From Desulfobacterales bacterium (GTDB taxonomy: Bacteria; Desulfobacterota; Desulfobacteria; Desulfobacterales; ETH-SRB1): DNA of 48,043 nucleotides. Numbering within the stretch: the stretch's first letter is position 1; each line of letters opens with the position of its first letter. The translations under genes and the position numbers were made by a program. Location of the stretch: the NCBI GenBank assembly GCA_030611985.1, contig JAUWOS010000001.1, forward strand, positions 1 to 48,043, in the 5' to 3' direction. Under the pieces are notes generated by a model. The model had not been told where the DNA came from. It saw only the letters and a program-made list of their open reading frames with translations, and did no database searches. Shown here piece by piece: positions 34,561 through 44,603 of the stretch.

Positions 34561-34576
34561 GTTACCTCCCTGCATT

Positions 34577-35458
34577 CTATTCCACATTCTGTACTTGCTC
34601 CCGTATCTTTTCAAGCTCAGACTTAACAGCAACAATCATATGTGACATATCTGCATTTCCGGCTTTGGAACCTATGGTGTTGAATTCACGATTAAGTTCC
34701 TGCAATAAAAAATTAAGCTTACGGCCGGAAGGATCTTCTGAGTCCATAATAGCATAAAACTGTTTTATGTGGCTTTCAGCTCTTATAATCTCTTCGGAGA
34801 TATCACTTCTGTCAACAAGAAAAGCAACTTCCTGCGCAATCCGTACAGGATCTATCTCTACGGCATCTCTGGTTAAAATGGCAATACGTTCCTTTAAACG
34901 TTCCTGATAATAATATAAAAGACCGCTTGATTCCTTTTTGATTTGATTGATAGACTTTTCTATAAAATCAAGCCGCTTATTAAAATCTTTGACAAGAAAA
35001 TCTCCTTCTTTTTTCCGCATTGCAACAAGATCGCTTAAAGCTTTGCTGATGCAATCTTCAACAACAGGTCTGCAAGCCTCCACATCTCTATCAATTTGAA
35101 CAGGTTGTATGATTCCCTCAACATCGGCCAGAAGATTCAGAGGTATTTCAGTATCAATATTAAATTGCTCTTTCAACCGGACAAGAACTTTATAGTATGC
35201 TGCTGCTTTGCGCTCATCTATCTCAAAAGCAAACGGAACGTCGGAATTATCTCTAATCTGTATATTAATCTCTATGCGACCTCTATCCACTCTGGATGAT
35301 ATAATGTCCTTTATCTTATTTTCCAGAACAAGATATTTCTGGGGAATTCGTAAGGCAATATCAAGATATCTGCTGTTGTATGAGCGTATTTCAATTAAAA
35401 GAGTAAAATCTCCTTCCACCCTTTCCGCTCTGGCAAATGCGGTCATGCTATTTATCAT
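34577..35458 (-). CDS. yicC: YicC family stress-induced protein
   Basis: MTAFARAE... N-terminus and C-terminal DUF1732-like [13 protein letters not shown]. 293 aa. Confidence 0.85.
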   Translation of the reverse strand: MINSMTAFARAERVEGDFTLLIEIRSYNSRYLDIALRIPQKYLVLENKIKDIISSRVDRGRIEINIQIRDNSDVPFAFEIDERKAAAYYKVLVRLKEQFNIDTEIPLNLLADVEGIIQPVQIDRDVEACRPVVEDCISKALSDLVAMRKKEGDFLVKDFNKRLDFIEKSINQIKKESSGLLYYYQERLKERIAILTRDAVEIDPVRIAQEVAFLVDRSDISEEIIRAESHIKQFYAIMDSEDPSGRKLNFLLQELNREFNTIGSKAGNADMSHMIVAVKSELEKIREQVQNVE

Positions 35459-35465
35459 TTTATGT

Positions 35466-35527
35466 TTCCCCGTTCCCTAAATTCCTAAATTTGCTTTAAT
35501 CCTTTAATTCCTAAATTCCTAAATTCT
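35466..35527 (-). repeat. short GGA-rich 8-nt phased array homologous to 26060-26097
   Basis: Minus strand reads AGAATTTAGGAATTTAGGAATTAAAGGATTAAAGCAAATTTAGGAATTTAGGGAACGGGG. Lies between the pilC stop and the yicC start. Confidence 0.8.
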
Positions 35528-35540
35528 TTTCTTTTCTTTA

Positions 35541-36749
35541 TCACTCCACTATGGAAGCCATCTTGAATATTGGAAGATACATCGCAATAACCAGGCCACC
35601 GATGGTTACGCCCAGGAATACCAGCATAAACGGCTCAATCAATGCTGTCATATTTTCCACTGCCTGGTCCACTTCCTGGTCATAAAAATCAGCAATCTTA
35701 CCCAGCATTGAATCAAGAGCGCCGGTTGATTCACCTACTGCAATCATCTGGCATACCATTGAGGGGAAAATACCGCTTTCAGAAAGGGGGTCGGACATTG
35801 TGCGACCTTCTGAAATGCCGGAACGAACATCATATACAGCTTCTTCAATTATTTTGTTGCCTGCTGTCTTGGCAACAATATCAAGTGCATCTAAAATAGA
35901 AACCCCACTTGTAAGCATTGTGCCCATGGTACGTGTAAACTTGGCCACAGCAGCCTTGCGTAATAGCATCCCGAATACCGGCAGCTTAAGAGAGAGGTCA
36001 TCCAGTAAAATTTGTCCTTTTTCGGTTTTATAAATCCTCTTGAAAGCAAATATAAACAAAGCAATGCCGCCTACGATATATAATATATTTCCTTTTACAA
36101 AGTCGCTCATGGCACATACAATCAGGGTTGGAAGTGGAAGCGCTCCTCCCATGCCTTCGAACATATCCTTAAATACAGGAATAACAAAAACCATTATTAC
36201 AGCTATCACTACTACTGCTATGATAATAGTTATTAATGGGTATATCATAGCGCCTTTTATCTGACTTTTAAGTTTTGCGGCTTTTTCCATGTAAGCAGAA
36301 AGCCTTTGCAAAATCGTATCAAGGATACCCCCTGCTTCACCGGCTGCAATCATATTTACAAAAAGATTATCGAATTGATCAGGATACTTTTGCAAAGCCT
36401 CAGCCAGAGTTGCCCCACCCTCTACCGACTCTTTTATATCTTTTAATACCTTCTTAAACGTTGCATTCTCTTGCTGGGTATGGAGTATATCAAGGCATTG
36501 TATTATGGGAAGACCTGCATCTATCATTGTAGAGAATTGTCTGCAAAAAAGTATTATATCGGATTGTTGTACTTTTGGTTGAAGAAAGGAAATATTTTCA
36601 AAAAGATCCTTTGGTTTTGCTTTAACCTTGGCAGAAGTAATCCCAAGCTTGCTTAATTTGGATCGTACAGCCTGTTCGTTCGGGGCTTCTATTTCCCCTT
36701 TCCTCCCCCTATTTTTTTTGTTCTTTCCTGACCACTGAAAAACCGGCAT
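35541..36749 (-). CDS. pilC: type IV pilus assembly platform protein PilC / T2SS protein F family
   Basis: 402 aa with two GspF repeats and three TM segments (e.g. FSTMIDAGLPI, FTRTMGTMLTSGVSI). Confidence 0.85.
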   Translation of the reverse strand: MPVFQWSGKNKKNRGRKGEIEAPNEQAVRSKLSKLGITSAKVKAKPKDLFENISFLQPKVQQSDIILFCRQFSTMIDAGLPIIQCLDILHTQQENATFKKVLKDIKESVEGGATLAEALQKYPDQFDNLFVNMIAAGEAGGILDTILQRLSAYMEKAAKLKSQIKGAMIYPLITIIIAVVVIAVIMVFVIPVFKDMFEGMGGALPLPTLIVCAMSDFVKGNILYIVGGIALFIFAFKRIYKTEKGQILLDDLSLKLPVFGMLLRKAAVAKFTRTMGTMLTSGVSILDALDIVAKTAGNKIIEEAVYDVRSGISEGRTMSDPLSESGIFPSMVCQMIAVGESTGALDSMLGKIADFYDQEVDQAVENMTALIEPFMLVFLGVTIGGLVIAMYLPIFKMASIVE

Positions 36750-36751
36750 GA

Positions 36752-37768
36752 TTAATTTTCCTTGTAAAAGATACCTCTCAGCATCTTGATTTTTTTGACA
36801 TCTCCATTTTTAAGAAGAGTGTCAAGACATCTGTGTACATCGTCTGCCTGAATATTCAAGATTTGTGAAACATCCTCGGCTGTACAAGGTCTGCGTTTTA
36901 AGGTAAGCAAGATATCATTATAATCATCCATCTTAAATGCTTTGTTGTTTTGCTTTGAATTAAAACACTCAATAATCTCGGCTCTACCCAGATATGCCAA
37001 TGCATCTGCTAAAGCTTTTTTGTCAACAGGCTTTACCCAATCGTCAGCTCCAGGTCTATCGAGTGTATTTACTTGAATTTTATCAGGATTTATTGAATAT
37101 ATAACTTTGCTTATCTTTTTAAGCTCAATTTCGCTGTCATTAAAACCTTGCACTAAAAAAACTTCTACCCAAAGCTGCTTTGTAAATTTTTTCCTTAAGT
37201 GAATTAAACCGTCAACAATTTGTGGAAGTTCCAGCCCTGAATGCGGCCGGTTAATACTAATAAAATTTTTATGAGACGCGGCATCAAATGACACTTTTAC
37301 GATATCCACATCAAGTATCTCTTCTATAACATGGGGCTGATAAAAAAGTGTGCCATTTGTAAGCAAGGCGATTTTATATTGAGGATAATTTGATTTTAAA
37401 AAGGTGACAATTTTCCCGATACCGCTGTGAAGCGTAGGTTCGCCTGAACCTGAAAAGGTTATAAAATCTAGCTTTGGATTACTAGACAAAAAGGCTTTCA
37501 GCTCTTTCTTTACCAGTTCTATAGAAACATATTCTTTTCTCTTTAGCGTCAGATTTGTAGTTTTTCCGCACTCGCAGTAAACACAATTGAGCGTACATGT
37601 TTTGTGAGGCACAAGATCCACACCAAGTGATATGCCGAGTCTCCTTGATGGAACAGGCCCAAAAATATATTTGTAACTCAATTGAATAGGAGTTTCCTTT
37701 TTATGCTTAATGAATTCAATATGATAGGATAAATGAGTGTTTACTGTTGCGTTATTAACAAGTTGCAC
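36752..37768 (-). CDS. radical SAM protein with a C-terminal winged-helix-like domain
   Basis: CxxxCxxC motif CTLNCVYCEC preceded by FGPVPSRRLGISLGVDL. GTG start. Exact function unknown. Confidence 0.7.
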   Translation of the reverse strand: MQLVNNATVNTHLSYHIEFIKHKKETPIQLSYKYIFGPVPSRRLGISLGVDLVPHKTCTLNCVYCECGKTTNLTLKRKEYVSIELVKKELKAFLSSNPKLDFITFSGSGEPTLHSGIGKIVTFLKSNYPQYKIALLTNGTLFYQPHVIEEILDVDIVKVSFDAASHKNFISINRPHSGLELPQIVDGLIHLRKKFTKQLWVEVFLVQGFNDSEIELKKISKVIYSINPDKIQVNTLDRPGADDWVKPVDKKALADALAYLGRAEIIECFNSKQNNKAFKMDDYNDILLTLKRRPCTAEDVSQILNIQADDVHRCLDTLLKNGDVKKIKMLRGIFYKEN

Positions 37769-37796
37769 CAGGGTTAGGTTTCAGGCACTTTAAAAG

Positions 37797-37860
37797 CCCG
37801 CACCGAAGGTGCGCTAATTTAAATAATTATAAAATGTTAAGTCGTTTGGGAAACTTTTAT
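37797..37860. repeat. MITE-C half copy (hairpin plus right terminus)
   Basis: GCACCGAAGGTGCGCTAATTTAAATAATTATAAAATGTTAAGTCGTTTGGGAAACTTTTAT aligns with 25912-25973. Confidence 0.65.
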
Positions 37861-37915
37861 TTGCTATGTTGGTTGCCTAAGAAAACGTGCATATGCAGTA
37901 CCTGTGAAAACTTAC
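37861..37915 (-). mobile_element. MITE-A half copy
   Basis: TTGCTATGTTGGTTGCCTAAGAAAACGTGCATATGCAGTACCTGTGAAAACTTAC. Contains the holB stop codon. Confidence 0.7.
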
Positions 37916-38937
37916 GTTATTTCATCGATGCTCCTGAGTTGCATCATCATTGCTTCTAACGTCATTCTGATATTAGCGTTCGTCTCAATATCTTTTTGTG
38001 TTCTCCGAACAGCTTCTATTTTTGAAAGAAGCGACTGCACGGCAATCTTTTGCGAAGCATATTGTATATTGTCAGCCAGATCTTTATTTATTATTTTTTC
38101 AGGACAATATTTGCAGATAACAAGGTCGCGCAGATAGGATTTAATCACCTCTAGAGAATCGGAAAGAATTTCTTTGTTTTTTGATAATTTTGCCGCAAAT
38201 GCCAGGAGTAAGCCGATTGGTTTTAAAGGTAGAGATTCGGACCGATCCAGGAAATTTTGGCTAATAATATTTATAAGCCAGTTTCTCCGGTTTATCCAGT
38301 TTACCTTGTTCACAGATTTGACCATAGAAAGGGCTTTGGAAAAACTCCCGTTAGCCATAGTCACCATTATTGCTGCATCGCCAGGATCAACTCCATGTTT
38401 TTTAACCAGCATTTTCACGATTTCTTTTTGGGAAATCGGATTAAACCTGATATGCTGACAACGTGACACAATTGTAGGAAGAAGATCAGACGTCTGTATA
38501 GCGGTTAGTATCAGAATAGTGCGATCCGGAGGTTCCTCAAGCAACTTGAGAAGGGCATTGCCTGCCTCAGGATTCATTGCCTGAGCGTTGGATATTACAA
38601 CTATGCGCAACCTTGCTCCATATGGCTTCATGGTAATGACGTGAGAAAGAGCGCGAATTTGGGCAATCCTGATAAGGGAGCCATCCGGTTCGATAAAAAT
38701 AATATCCGGGTGGCTGCCTGATTGGATTTTTCTGCACGATCTACAATAACCACATGGATCAACTGGATTTTGGGCAGTACAGTTGCATGCCATGGCAAAA
38801 GTCATGGCTGTGGTCCGTTTGCCTATGCCTTCAATCCCTGTGAAAAGAAGGGCATGCGGGATGGTTCCATTTCGAAGGATAGCGGTTAAAAGTCGCAAGG
38901 GCCTCTGCTGGCCTGATATCAATTCAAATCCGGACAC
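37912..38937 (-). CDS. holB: DNA polymerase III subunit delta'
   Basis: AAA+ clamp-loader fold, HALLFTGIEGIGKRT, Zn-module CxxC...CxxC, SRC motif (VSRCQ). The C-terminal residues ...SIDEIT* are repeat-derived. Confidence 0.85.
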   Translation of the reverse strand: MSGFELISGQQRPLRLLTAILRNGTIPHALLFTGIEGIGKRTTAMTFAMACNCTAQNPVDPCGYCRSCRKIQSGSHPDIIFIEPDGSLIRIAQIRALSHVITMKPYGARLRIVVISNAQAMNPEAGNALLKLLEEPPDRTILILTAIQTSDLLPTIVSRCQHIRFNPISQKEIVKMLVKKHGVDPGDAAIMVTMANGSFSKALSMVKSVNKVNWINRRNWLINIISQNFLDRSESLPLKPIGLLLAFAAKLSKNKEILSDSLEVIKSYLRDLVICKYCPEKIINKDLADNIQYASQKIAVQSLLSKIEAVRRTQKDIETNANIRMTLEAMMMQLRSIDEIT

Positions 38938-38941
38938 AGAT

Positions 38942-39217
38942 TTAATAATCTACGCGTTCTTTTAGTTCTTTTCCGGATTTGAAAAACGGGAGCTTCTTGG
39001 GCTTGATGGTAACCCTGTCTCCCGTTTTTGGATTTCTGCCTGTGTAGCTTTTGTACTCTTTGACAAAAAAACTGCACAGACCGCGAATTTCAACACGCTC
39101 TCCATGCGCCATGGTATCTGTCATGGAATCAAAAAACATTTGAACAACTTGCGCTGCTTCTGCTTTTGATATATTTGCTTCGGTTTTTAATGCAGAGATA
39201 AGCTCCAGCTTATTCAT
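38942..39217 (-). CDS. HU/IHF family DNA-binding protein (IHF-beta-like)
   Basis: GERVEIRGLCSFFVKEYKSYTGRNPKTGDRVTIKPKKLPFFKSGKELKERV. 91 aa. Confidence 0.85.
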   Translation of the reverse strand: MNKLELISALKTEANISKAEAAQVVQMFFDSMTDTMAHGERVEIRGLCSFFVKEYKSYTGRNPKTGDRVTIKPKKLPFFKSGKELKERVDY

Positions 39218-39318
39218 ATATACTCCTTTATACGGTAATGCAGTGAAATTATTTATCTAAAAATTTATAAACTGATATAAACATAATCCGACAAGAAGTC
39301 AAGAAGTTATGATAATAT

Positions 39319-39834
39319 TCAGGATAGTATTTCAACATCTTTTTTGCTCACGTTCACTCCGGCAAACTGTCCCAAAGCTTCGATATAAACCAGAACGCGC
39401 CCTTTCTTCTCGTATCTGTCAAAGATTCCGGTAACACCCGCAAATGGGCCATATACCACTATAACCCTGTCCCCTCTTTTAAAGCGTATGCCGGTTATAA
39501 TTGGATTATTCTGCGCCACTATGATCTTAAGTGATTCTATGGATTCCGATGAAATAGAAACAGGGCTGTCTTTGTTGCCAATTAAGCGAACAGCTCCAAC
39601 CGTTCTTATAATTTCAATATATTCACATGGATTAAGATCGGTTTTTATAAACATGTATCCAGGAAAAAGCGGAACATTGAGCATAACTTTTCTATCGCGG
39701 CGTTTGCTCCTGACTTGAACCTTTGGGAAAAATACCTCCATTGATTTTTTTATAAGGGCATCATAGACTTTATTTTCAAATTTGCTCCTGGTATGCAAAG
39801 CATACCAAGAGCAAATGAGTTTATTCATTATCAT
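39319..39834 (-). CDS. NusG-family paralog (RfaH/UpxY/LoaP-like specialised antiterminator)
   Basis: NGN domain WYALHTRSKFENKV...VPLFPGYMFI and KOW motif FKRGDRVIVVYGPFAGVTGIF. 171 aa. Not in the secE-nusG-rplK context. Confidence 0.7.
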   Translation of the reverse strand: MIMNKLICSWYALHTRSKFENKVYDALIKKSMEVFFPKVQVRSKRRDRKVMLNVPLFPGYMFIKTDLNPCEYIEIIRTVGAVRLIGNKDSPVSISSESIESLKIIVAQNNPIITGIRFKRGDRVIVVYGPFAGVTGIFDRYEKKGRVLVYIEALGQFAGVNVSKKDVEILS

Positions 39835-39851
39835 ATTATTGTCAATATTTT

Positions 39852-42173
39852 TTAGTTTTCTTCAAAGGGTTTTTCAATTCTGCCGCCTGCCATACTTTTG
39901 CCGAATTCTCCAAGGCCATAAAGGTTGACCATAAATGTATACTGTCGGTCGCCACCCTCATCTTCATAACTGCAGTCTATCGACCAGCACTGGGCTTTAT
40001 ACAAAAAGCCCGCGCCGGTTCTTATATTTTTTCCGTCATACATATTACGTTCGTAATCAGTGTATACGGAAAGCCCGTCTGAAATTTTTAAAAGAAGATT
40101 TGTGTAAATAGACTCAACCAAATCACGTGTATACCTATACTCAACAAGGAGTCTGTCTTCTCTGTTATCCAATATTGTTACGGCAATATTATGAGAGAGA
40201 AAATCGGTTTCATATGGAGACCATGTTGCGTCAGCATCTATGGAAAAGTATCTGCCCGGAACAAATTCGAGTTCACCATTTACTGAAGAAAACGGCTCAG
40301 GGTCATTTTCTTTTGCTTTATTAATGTCATAAGTCTGTTCAAGTTTGAAGCGGCAGAACTGGTAGTAGTTATAACTGACACGTTCATCATTTTCGTCGTC
40401 ACGGGATTTCTCTCCTTTCCCGCTATCTCCTTTTCTGCTATCTATTAATTTTGATATAAGTGTATTTGTAATTGAATAAGTAAGCAAATTTTGTTTTTCT
40501 ATACGGTCTATTAAATCAAACGAAGGATATTTATCCTGATTCTGTTCAGGTATGTAATCATAGATAATCTGTGGTGTTACTATGTGTTTGATCCCGTCAA
40601 TTTTTTTTCCTTTTATGTGATATGCTTTGAATATTTCTGAAGAAAGATCCAGTTTTATGTCGTAAATTTCCCTGCTTAATGTTCTGTCTGCTTTGGTAGA
40701 ATCATCCTCATATTTATCAATATACCAGGCTGTTTCCCGCAGTCCGAAAGATGGTTCAAAGCTGAAATAGTTTTTAAATCTCAGCGGTAGATAGAATCTT
40801 GGATGCAAATCTACCCGATGGCCTGTTGTCTGGTCTGTTGCAATATCTTTCCTGAAAAAATATGTGTACTCAGAATCAAGATCAAAATAAAATGGAGTTA
40901 TTGGAAGCTGCTGCCTGGATCCATCAAACTCGATAAGAGGCAGTTTCTGCAAAGTTGTATCCTGATCTTTCCAGCGCCGGTTTATAACATTGTCATACCA
41001 ACGCACCTCAGCGTTCAGGCTGTACTTGGACCAGCTTCTATTTAAATTTAACTTGTTAACCCTTACCGGATCATCATAGTCGTCAAGTTCTCTACCGAAG
41101 TTATTGCTAAAATATTTTTCTGTTTCGTCAAATCCTGTATATCCATCCCTGAATTCATGAAGGTAATCCTGATCGCTGACAAAATCCAGATCTATCTTTG
41201 CAAAGAAGTCAAAAGGCATTGACTGGTCATGTTTCATTCTGAACCAGTAGCGGTCGGAATTGGGCCGCAATTCGTTATCATCTTCATAACCCCAGTCACT
41301 ATTTGAATTCAGTGCAGCATCATCTACTTTTCTATCGTTAAAAAAATCGTACATCAATGCGCCTTTTGACTTATCGTCCAAAACATAACGGTATTCAAGA
41401 CCTGTTTTGTCTCCACGGCGCCCCATGTGGTGTGCATAGAAAGTCATATCTGAACTTTCATTTATAGCCCAGTAAAAAGGCTGGATATATTCTTCCCATT
41501 TTCGATCCGAATATCCTATCTGTGGCGGCAGTAAACCGGACTGACGTTTTAGTTTTGCAGGAAAAACAAGAAAAGGGGTGTATAGCACAGGCACTTTTTT
41601 TGCCCAGAGAGCTGCATGATTTACAAAAGCATATCCTTCTATGGTAACTTTTAGATTTTTTCCGGTAATTTTCCATGCCGGACTGTCTCCGTCACATGTT
41701 GTAATACTCACTTTGTCGGCAGCATAGGAGTTTTTGCCGAGCTTTTGTATTTTATCGCCTTTTATATAAACATTGTTTGCCTTAAGAAATATGGTTCCGT
41801 TATATATGGTTCCGATCTCGGCTCCAAGGTCCATTTCCATGCTGCTGCTGATCAGGATATCTTCGCCTGCCGTCATCACCACATGGCCCATTGCGAATGC
41901 CTCCATGGTTTTATAATTGAAACGGACAAAATCAGCAGTAAGCTTCTTGCCTTCTCTGGTTATAGTTGCATTGCCTTTTGCAATATATTGATCAGTTTTT
42001 TGGTCATAGATTATCTCATCTGCAACAATATGCCAGGGTTGAGCATGGTCATCACCCGGCAACGAATCGTAAGTCTCTGCTGAAGCAGTAGCTGCTACTG
42101 TAATTAAAATAACAAGAGCTATAATTGGAGTTCTTTTGTTATCAATTATTTTAAACCCATTTAATTTGCTCAT
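39852..42173 (-). CDS. lptD: LPS-assembly protein LptD
   Basis: Signal peptide, OstA_N-like domain, and a large C-terminal beta-barrel rich in Y/D/N. Confidence 0.8.
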   Translation of the reverse strand: MSKLNGFKIIDNKRTPIIALVILITVAATASAETYDSLPGDDHAQPWHIVADEIIYDQKTDQYIAKGNATITREGKKLTADFVRFNYKTMEAFAMGHVVMTAGEDILISSSMEMDLGAEIGTIYNGTIFLKANNVYIKGDKIQKLGKNSYAADKVSITTCDGDSPAWKITGKNLKVTIEGYAFVNHAALWAKKVPVLYTPFLVFPAKLKRQSGLLPPQIGYSDRKWEEYIQPFYWAINESSDMTFYAHHMGRRGDKTGLEYRYVLDDKSKGALMYDFFNDRKVDDAALNSNSDWGYEDDNELRPNSDRYWFRMKHDQSMPFDFFAKIDLDFVSDQDYLHEFRDGYTGFDETEKYFSNNFGRELDDYDDPVRVNKLNLNRSWSKYSLNAEVRWYDNVINRRWKDQDTTLQKLPLIEFDGSRQQLPITPFYFDLDSEYTYFFRKDIATDQTTGHRVDLHPRFYLPLRFKNYFSFEPSFGLRETAWYIDKYEDDSTKADRTLSREIYDIKLDLSSEIFKAYHIKGKKIDGIKHIVTPQIIYDYIPEQNQDKYPSFDLIDRIEKQNLLTYSITNTLISKLIDSRKGDSGKGEKSRDDENDERVSYNYYQFCRFKLEQTYDINKAKENDPEPFSSVNGELEFVPGRYFSIDADATWSPYETDFLSHNIAVTILDNREDRLLVEYRYTRDLVESIYTNLLLKISDGLSVYTDYERNMYDGKNIRTGAGFLYKAQCWSIDCSYEDEGGDRQYTFMVNLYGLGEFGKSMAGGRIEKPFEEN

Positions 42174-43194
42174 CTGAATTTTTTCTTTCAACTACTTCGC
42201 CTATGACAAAGCCTTTTTCGTTCACAGCATTGAGTCGTTCAAGAATTTCCTGAGCAAATTTTTCAGACACAACAGCAATCAAACCGATTCCGTTGTTAAA
42301 AGTACGTGCCATTTCTTTATCTGATACATTGCCGGCCTGTTGCAGAAAATTAAAAACAGGAGGCACATCCCAGCTTTTATTTTGCAGCACAACCTTACAC
42401 GCTTTTGGAATAACACGAAGGATGTTATCTTCGATGCCCCCACCTGTTATATGAGCAAGTCCAAGAACGGGCAGTTCTCTTATAATGCGGTGAATAGTTT
42501 GTGAATATATCTTTGTCGGCGTAAGTAACTCTTCACCTATTGTTTTGCCAAGTTCCGGTATATGTGTGTCAATTTTCAGCTTCAAAACATCAAAACAAAT
42601 CTTGCGCGCAAGAGAATATCCATTGCTGTGAAGTCCGCTTGATGCAATTCCTATAAGTTTATTACCCACATGAATTTCCGAACCATCGACAATTTTGCTG
42701 TTATCAACTATGCCAACCGCAAACCCGGCCAGGTCATATTCATTATTTTTATAAAACCCTGGCATTTCGGCTGTTTCACCGCCTATGAGAGCACACGGGG
42801 CCTGCCCGCATCCATTTGCAATTCCTTTTATAACATCAGTAGCGAGTTCCGTTTCCAACTTTCCCATTGAAAGGTAATCGAGAAAAAAGAGCGGTTTTGC
42901 CCCCTGAACCGCAATATCATTAATACACATGGCAACAAGATCGATACCGACAGTATCATGTTTGTTCATCATAGAAGCAATTTTGAGTTTGGTTCCAACA
43001 CCATCTGTTGAACTCACAAGAACAGGTCTTTCCAAATTGGTAAGATTAAGCGAAAAAAGACCTCCAAAACCGCCTATTTCACCCATAACACCAGTTCTAG
43101 GCGTTTGTTTTGCTATATTTTTTATAATGCCTACCAGGTCATTTGCCTTGTCAATGTTTACGCCTGCATCTGTATAAGTCAAAGATTTCGCCAT
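42151..43194 (-). CDS. purM: phosphoribosylformylglycinamidine cyclo-ligase (AIR synthetase)
   Basis: YTDAGVNID, GGFGGLF, STDGVGTK and a PurM C-terminal domain. Confidence 0.95.
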   Translation of the reverse strand: MAKSLTYTDAGVNIDKANDLVGIIKNIAKQTPRTGVMGEIGGFGGLFSLNLTNLERPVLVSSTDGVGTKLKIASMMNKHDTVGIDLVAMCINDIAVQGAKPLFFLDYLSMGKLETELATDVIKGIANGCGQAPCALIGGETAEMPGFYKNNEYDLAGFAVGIVDNSKIVDGSEIHVGNKLIGIASSGLHSNGYSLARKICFDVLKLKIDTHIPELGKTIGEELLTPTKIYSQTIHRIIRELPVLGLAHITGGGIEDNILRVIPKACKVVLQNKSWDVPPVFNFLQQAGNVSDKEMARTFNNGIGLIAVVSEKFAQEILERLNAVNEKGFVIGEVVERKNSDEQIKWV

Positions 43195-43306
43195 ATTAAT
43201 CCCCTATAGAAATATCATTAAGATCTAAAAAAGTTTTAAAAACTAAACTGGTTTGGATTGAAAGTCAAAACAATTTTTTGACATTAAATACTTTGTATTG
43301 TAATTA

Positions 43307-43330
43307 AGAAACGTAGATGAATTAACTTCA
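43307..43330 (+). repeat. degenerate MITE-B solo terminus
   Basis: AGAAACGTAGATGAATTAACTTCA. Confidence 0.6.
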
Positions 43331-43400
43331 CTATTTTGTTACCGTTTTTCTAAAAAGGAAATTTTAATTTTTATGGTTTTAATTTTATGAGGGTATTTCT

Positions 43401-44567
43401 ATGAAGAATTTTGCAAGGCTTGACCGTCTGCCGCCGTATGTATTTACAACCGTTAACAAGATAAAGATGAATGCAAGACATGCCGGAAAAGATATTGTAG
43501 ACCTTGGAATGGGTAATCCTGATCTTAGCACTCCAAAACATATTGTTGATAAACTTATAGATGCTGTCCAAAAACCACAAAACCACCGGTATTCGGCATC
43601 CATGGGTATTACAAAGCTGAGAATGGCTATTTCAAGCTGGTACAAGCGAAGATTTGATGTGGATATAGATCCTGACGAAGAAGCAATAGTTACAATAGGC
43701 GCCAAGGAAGGAATATCTCATCTGATCCTTGTGACGATCAGACCCGGAGACGTGGTGTTTACACCAAACCCAACCTATCCGATTCATCCATTTTCGGCAA
43801 TAATTGCCGGAGGTGATGTGCGCGGAATACCTGTTGGTCCGGATTCGGATTTCTTTGAAAATCTTATGGATGCCACAAGGCAGACATGGCCGAAACCAAA
43901 GGTTTTAATTCTAAGTTACCCTCATAATCCAACAACAGAAGTTGTGGATATTGAATTTTTTGAAAAGATTGTGGATTATGCAAAAGAACATAATATAATG
44001 GTAATCCATGATTTTGCTTATGCAGATCTTGTATTTGACGACTATAAAGCCCCCAGCTTTCTTCAGGTAAAAGGCGCCAAAGATGTGGGAGTAGAGTTTT
44101 TTTCTCTTTCCAAAAGCTACAGTATGCCTGGCTGGAGAGTCGGTTTTTGCGTTGGAAATAAAGAGACGATAGGTGCTTTACGCAGGATAAAAAGTTACCT
44201 TGATTATGGAATATTCCAGCCGATTCAAATTGCATCTATTATCGCTTTAAACGGTCCTCAGGATTGTGTCAAAGATATACGGGAAACCTACAGGACAAGA
44301 AGAGACGCTCTTATATCCGGTCTGAATCGTATTGGCTGGAACATAAAGAGTCCAAAAGGAACCATGTTTGTATGGGCAAAAATTCCCGACAAATATATGA
44401 AGATGGGTTCAGTTGAATTTTCCAAGTTTCTGATTAAAGAGGCCCAGGTTGCTGTTTCGCCAGGTCTGGGATTTGGCGAGTATGGCGATGATTACGTAAG
44501 ATTCGCACTTATAGAAAACAACATGCGCATCAATCAGGCTGTAAGGGGAATCAAAAAGGTGTTGTAG
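43401..44567 (+). CDS. class I/II PLP-dependent aminotransferase (aspartate/alanine aminotransferase-like)
   Basis: LGMGNPD..., NPTYP, YPHNPT, and the PLP-Lys region [14 protein letters not shown]. Confidence 0.85.
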   Translation: MKNFARLDRLPPYVFTTVNKIKMNARHAGKDIVDLGMGNPDLSTPKHIVDKLIDAVQKPQNHRYSASMGITKLRMAISSWYKRRFDVDIDPDEEAIVTIGAKEGISHLILVTIRPGDVVFTPNPTYPIHPFSAIIAGGDVRGIPVGPDSDFFENLMDATRQTWPKPKVLILSYPHNPTTEVVDIEFFEKIVDYAKEHNIMVIHDFAYADLVFDDYKAPSFLQVKGAKDVGVEFFSLSKSYSMPGWRVGFCVGNKETIGALRRIKSYLDYGIFQPIQIASIIALNGPQDCVKDIRETYRTRRDALISGLNRIGWNIKSPKGTMFVWAKIPDKYMKMGSVEFSKFLIKEAQVAVSPGLGFGEYGDDYVRFALIENNMRINQAVRGIKKVL

Positions 44568-44603
44568 CCTCAAAAAAAAAGCGCCTGAAGTGTTGTGATG
44601 AAG

